Notes under the pieces: model-generated
Database searches by the model: none
What the model was told of the DNA's origin: nothing
What the model saw: only the letters and a program-made list of their open reading frames with translations
NCBI GenBank assembly: GCA_943372285.1
Contig: CALRYA010000004.1
Coordinates: forward strand, 65,517-129,516
Direction: 5' to 3'
DNA from: Sphingobacterium thalpophilum
Lineage (GTDB): Bacteria > Bacteroidota > Bacteroidia > Chitinophagales > Chitinophagaceae
Length of the DNA stretch: 64,000 nt
Shown: positions 60,833-64,000 of the stretch, in pieces
Layout of the letters: every line of letters begins with the position of its first letter
Position numbering within the stretch: position 1 is the stretch's first letter
Program-made: the position numbers and the translations under genes

Positions 60833-60854
60833 GAAGACGGCTAAAGCCGTCTTC
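60833..60854. terminator. orphan GC-rich hairpin just upstream of tsaC
   Basis: gaagacggc/taaa/gccgtcttc is a perfect 9-bp stem. The minus strand continues gtttttat and the plus strand continues tctttgtttg. Confidence 0.55.
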
Positions 60855-61083
60855 TCTTTGTTTGTAACCCCTGGTTAAAAAATAATAACTACAATGAATA
60901 GTCACCATCCGCTGTAATTATAGGGTAAAACTATAGTAGAGATAAAGCCCAAACAAGGTGTTATACACCCATTTTTATTAGGTTAATAAACGGCAAAAAA
61001 AAGGTAGCAATTCAATTGTTTTAAGTTTATTTTAATTTAAATTCGTTCTAGATAATTACCCCCGGCTCTTATACTTATACTGT

Positions 61084-61737
61084 ATGAAAAAAATCGTATT
61101 GGTAGATGATCACGTTTTATTAAGAAACGGATTATCGGGTATTATTGGTAGTTTTCCTGACTACACTATTTTGTTTGAGGCTGATAATGGAAAAGATTTC
61201 ATTCGTCAATTAGACCCCAACAACTTGCCTGACTTGGTTCTATTGGATGTTTCTATGCCAGAAATGAATGGCTATGAAACTGCTCATTGGTTGCTTAAAA
61301 ATTACCCTGATATTCCCATTTTAGTTTTGAGTATGTTAAGTGATGAACAATGCATCATCAAAATGCTGCAAAATGGAGCGAAAGGTTATATACTAAAAGA
61401 TATTAAACCAGTAGAACTCCTCAATGCATTAAATACTGTGTATGAAAAAGGAATGTATTTCAATGATGTATTGTATAGCAATTTAGTTCACACTATTAAA
61501 AATGGTGTTTGTGAACCAGCCGATCAATATCAGAAATTAATCGCTTTACCCGAAAGAGAAAAAGAATTTTTAAAATGGGTTTGCACCGAAAAAACATTAA
61601 AGGAAATTGCTGCAGAAATGTGTTTGAGCCCAAGAACAATAGATGGTTACAGAGATAATTTGTTTGAGAAATTAAACGTAACCAGCCGTGTTGGCTTGGT
61701 ACTTTTTGCATTAAGAACAGAAGTAGTGAAACTATGA
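61084..61737 (+). CDS. NarL/LuxR-family response regulator (no adjacent kinase)
   Basis: 217 aa. Receiver domain (IVLVDDH...LLDVSMPEMNG...KGYILK) plus a LuxR HTH (REKEFLKWVCTEKTLKEIAAEMCLSPRTIDGYRDNLFEKL). Confidence 0.88.
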   Translation: MKKIVLVDDHVLLRNGLSGIIGSFPDYTILFEADNGKDFIRQLDPNNLPDLVLLDVSMPEMNGYETAHWLLKNYPDIPILVLSMLSDEQCIIKMLQNGAKGYILKDIKPVELLNALNTVYEKGMYFNDVLYSNLVHTIKNGVCEPADQYQKLIALPEREKEFLKWVCTEKTLKEIAAEMCLSPRTIDGYRDNLFEKLNVTSRVGLVLFALRTEVVKL

Positions 61738-62772
61738 TTTGATTTCCCAAACTTCTCTGCCACGCAACAACTTATCTAAATTTCCTTTTCCTTTTGTAGC
61801 GATGGTTTCTTCAATCTGCATGGCCATAACATCTTCATAGCATGGACGATCAGTTTCAAAAAACACCCCAAATGGTCTTGGAAAATGTCCACCTTCTTTA
61901 TTTGGATTGTCGAACATTCTTGTTAATACCTGGGCCTTATAAAAATCACGCTCGTCGTGAATCCATAAATCATCGGTACTTGCGCCTTCTCCTAATTCAA
62001 CAACAACAGGCTTAAATCCATCTAATTTAATGCCTTTGTTTTGACTGGCTCCAAATATCATTGGCTTACCATGTTCTAAGAACAATGTTTCTTCTGCCTT
62101 GGTAGACTTCTCTGTAAATATTTCGAAAGCGCCATCATTAAAGATGTTGCAATTCTGATAGATTTCTAAGAATGAAGAACCTTTGTGACCGTTTGCACGA
62201 GTGAGCATATATTGTAAATGCTTAGGATCACGATCCATCGAACGTCCAATAAATGTGGCATCTGCTCCCATGGCCAATGCCAAAGGATTAAATGGATGAT
62301 CGATACTTCCAAAAGGAGTACTCTTGGTTACTTTATGCTCTTCAGATGTAGGAGAATATTGTCCCTTTGTTAAACCATAAATTTGATTATTGAACAATAA
62401 AATATTTACATCAAAATTTCTTCTTAATAAATGGATGGTATGATTTCCACCAATGCTTAACCCATCTCCATCACCTGTAACGATCCAAACACTCAATTCT
62501 GGACGAGATGCTTTTAATCCACTGGCTACAGCTGTTGCACGTCCATGAATGCTATGCATACCATATGTATTCATATAATAAGGGAAACGGCTGCTACATC
62601 CAATTCCACTGATGATCACAATATTTTCTCTTGGTACTCCAATAGTAGGCATTACTTTTTGTACCTGCGCTAAAATGGAATAGTCTCCACAACCAGGACA
62701 CCAACGAACTTCTTGGTCTGTTGCAAAATCTTTAGATGTTAAAACCGGGCTAGCAATTGTTTCTGTACTCAT
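61732..62772 (-). CDS. korB: 2-oxoacid:ferredoxin oxidoreductase beta subunit (KorB type, TPP-binding)
   Basis: 346 aa with WCPGCGDY, GIGCSSR and TGDGDGLSIGGNH motifs. Confidence 0.85.
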   Translation of the reverse strand: MSTETIASPVLTSKDFATDQEVRWCPGCGDYSILAQVQKVMPTIGVPRENIVIISGIGCSSRFPYYMNTYGMHSIHGRATAVASGLKASRPELSVWIVTGDGDGLSIGGNHTIHLLRRNFDVNILLFNNQIYGLTKGQYSPTSEEHKVTKSTPFGSIDHPFNPLALAMGADATFIGRSMDRDPKHLQYMLTRANGHKGSSFLEIYQNCNIFNDGAFEIFTEKSTKAEETLFLEHGKPMIFGASQNKGIKLDGFKPVVVELGEGASTDDLWIHDERDFYKAQVLTRMFDNPNKEGGHFPRPFGVFFETDRPCYEDVMAMQIEETIATKGKGNLDKLLRGREVWEIKS

Positions 62773-62883
62773 ATAAATGGATTGTTCTACGTGGCAATAA
62801 AGTTACATATTCGGAGGCAAAAAATTACCAATTTTTCAATTTTGGGTGCCAATAATTGAATTACCCAATAACTCAATAACTGC

Positions 62884-63231
62884 TTAATGCGTCGTATTAA
62901 GCTCCTCCCAATATTCCGCAGCCCTTCTGGTATGCGGAATTACAATGGTTCCACCTACAATATTCGCTACTGCAAATACCTCATACATTTCTACGGTATT
63001 CACCCCCAATTCATGGCTTTTGCCTAAATGGTACTTGATACAATCATCGCAACGCAATACCATACTGGCCACCAAACCCAACAATTCCTTTGTTTTTTTA
63101 TCCAGCGCTCCTTCATCATAGGTATTGGTATCTAGATTCCACAATCTTTTCATCACTAGGTTATTCTTACTCAGAATGACTTCATTCATTCTTTCACGAT
63201 AACTATTGAATTCATTCACCATTTCGCTCAT
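62884..63231 (-). CDS. carboxymuconolactone decarboxylase/AhpD-like family protein
   Basis: 115 aa with the CxxC-containing motif MVLRCDDCIKYHL. Confidence 0.75.
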   Translation of the reverse strand: MSEMVNEFNSYRERMNEVILSKNNLVMKRLWNLDTNTYDEGALDKKTKELLGLVASMVLRCDDCIKYHLGKSHELGVNTVEMYEVFAVANIVGGTIVIPHTRRAAEYWEELNTTH

Positions 63232-63305
63232 AAAAATATTTTAGACAACAAAAATACAGTGGCTGCATAGATTTATTTGTATTTTGTACGACTAAACTTG
63301 CAGAT

Positions 63306-64000
63306 ATGAAAAAAATGCTCTTTTTGTTGTTCATCCCTTTTTGGGCGATCAGTCAAAACAAAACTGATTTAATCAAAATCACCGATATGCTTCAAATCAA
63401 GCAAATGAGTGGTTTGAGTTTTAGCCCAGACGGAAGCAAAGCCGTTTTTGTGTTAAATAGTATTGAGCAAGAAGGAACTAGTAAATGGGAATTCAAATAT
63501 ACCAATCAATTATACCTGGTTGCAACCGATGGCTCAAGTACCCCGAAAGCATTGACTACAAAGGAAAACGCGGGACAGCCTTCATGGAGCCCCGATGGAA
63601 AACAATTGGCATTTGTTAAAACGACTGATGGCAAACCGCAGATCTTTTTATTGTCAATTGATGGTGGTGAGCCAATGCAATTGACTAAATTTAAATATGG
63701 GGCAAGCAATCCTAAATGGAGCCCTGATGGAAAACAAATTGTGTTTGGTGTATCGGTTCCATTCAAAGATTTGTTAAAAGACAGTGTACTCAATCCGGGC
63801 AAAAGCTTACCGAAATGGCCAATGGAAAAACCTGGTTTTGCTCAAAATGAATTTTTAAATGCATCTACTGCAAACCCGGATCCTGATGGAACATTAGAAG
63901 AAATGCGAGCCTATTTAGAATTGAATGCAACCGATAAAAAAGCCAAGGTTTTTAATAAATTGAATTTTCAAGAAGAAACTACCACATCTCCTGAACTTTC
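63306..64000 (+). CDS. N-terminal part of a secreted TolB-like beta-propeller protein, probably an S9-family peptidase; runs off the window
   Basis: Not in the ORF track. ATG at 63306 gives MKKMLFLLFIPFWAISQ (signal peptide) and repeated SWSPDGKQLAF / KWSPDGKQIVF propeller motifs. The frame is open to position 64000. The catalytic domain is not visible. Confidence 0.55.
   Translation, partial: MKKMLFLLFIPFWAISQNKTDLIKITDMLQIKQMSGLSFSPDGSKAVFVLNSIEQEGTSKWEFKYTNQLYLVATDGSSTPKALTTKENAGQPSWSPDGKQLAFVKTTDGKPQIFLLSIDGGEPMQLTKFKYGASNPKWSPDGKQIVFGVSVPFKDLLKDSVLNPGKSLPKWPMEKPGFAQNEFLNASTANPDPDGTLEEMRAYLELNATDKKAKVFNKLNFQEETTTSPEL

Noticed and set aside
60810-60908. 33-codon N-terminal extension of tsaC given by the ORF track (start at 60908)
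   Set aside because: The extension runs through a GC-rich terminator-like hairpin and has no similarity to family N-termini. The internal [15 protein letters not shown] start matches the family.
63506-63802. 98-aa minus-strand ORF listed in the track
   Set aside because: It is antisense to the better-supported plus-strand gene starting at 63306, which has a signal peptide and repeated WSPDGK propeller motifs.

Overview
AT-rich Bacteroidota chromosomal segment, probably Chitinophagia/Sphingobacteriia-like. This is supported by a SusC/SusD pair, the gliding-motility genes gldD, gldE and a likely gldH, a bS22-like micro-ORF and few Shine-Dalgarno sequences. It is densely packed with about 60 mostly housekeeping genes on both strands. 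These cover DNA repair and replication (mutY, ssb, radA, mutL, ligA, holB, rnhB), RNA and translation factors (RNase G, yicC, tsaC, obg, typA), cell envelope (dacB, gld genes) and central metabolism (asd, mgsA, fabH, korB, ctaA). There is also a TetR-headed phenylacetyl-CoA epoxidase cluster (paaE-A-B-C-D, then paaG-I-Y). I recognised no rRNA, tRNA, CRISPR array, transposase, integrase, prophage or classical defence genes, so this looks like core genome, not an accessory island. I found no clear-cut novel multi-gene system. The items most worth a second look are small-scale. (1) A GC-rich palindromic repeat family with core GGTCnGACC occurs three times in the pfkB/tetR intergenic region and also as a perfect 17-bp inverted repeat embedded in-frame in ligA. 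(2) A 111-bp nested palindrome lies immediately after a two-component operon. (3) A GldH-like lipoprotein gene is translationally coupled to a histidine kinase and response regulator. (4) A 60-nt in-frame tandem repeat forms a Q/P-rich tail on the PSP1/RicT homologue. (5) An unlisted 31-codon basic ORF resembles ribosomal protein bS22. (6) A mutually exclusive hairpin/terminator arrangement sits just upstream of radA. All family assignments come from motifs read by eye and from memory of the families; no searches were run.
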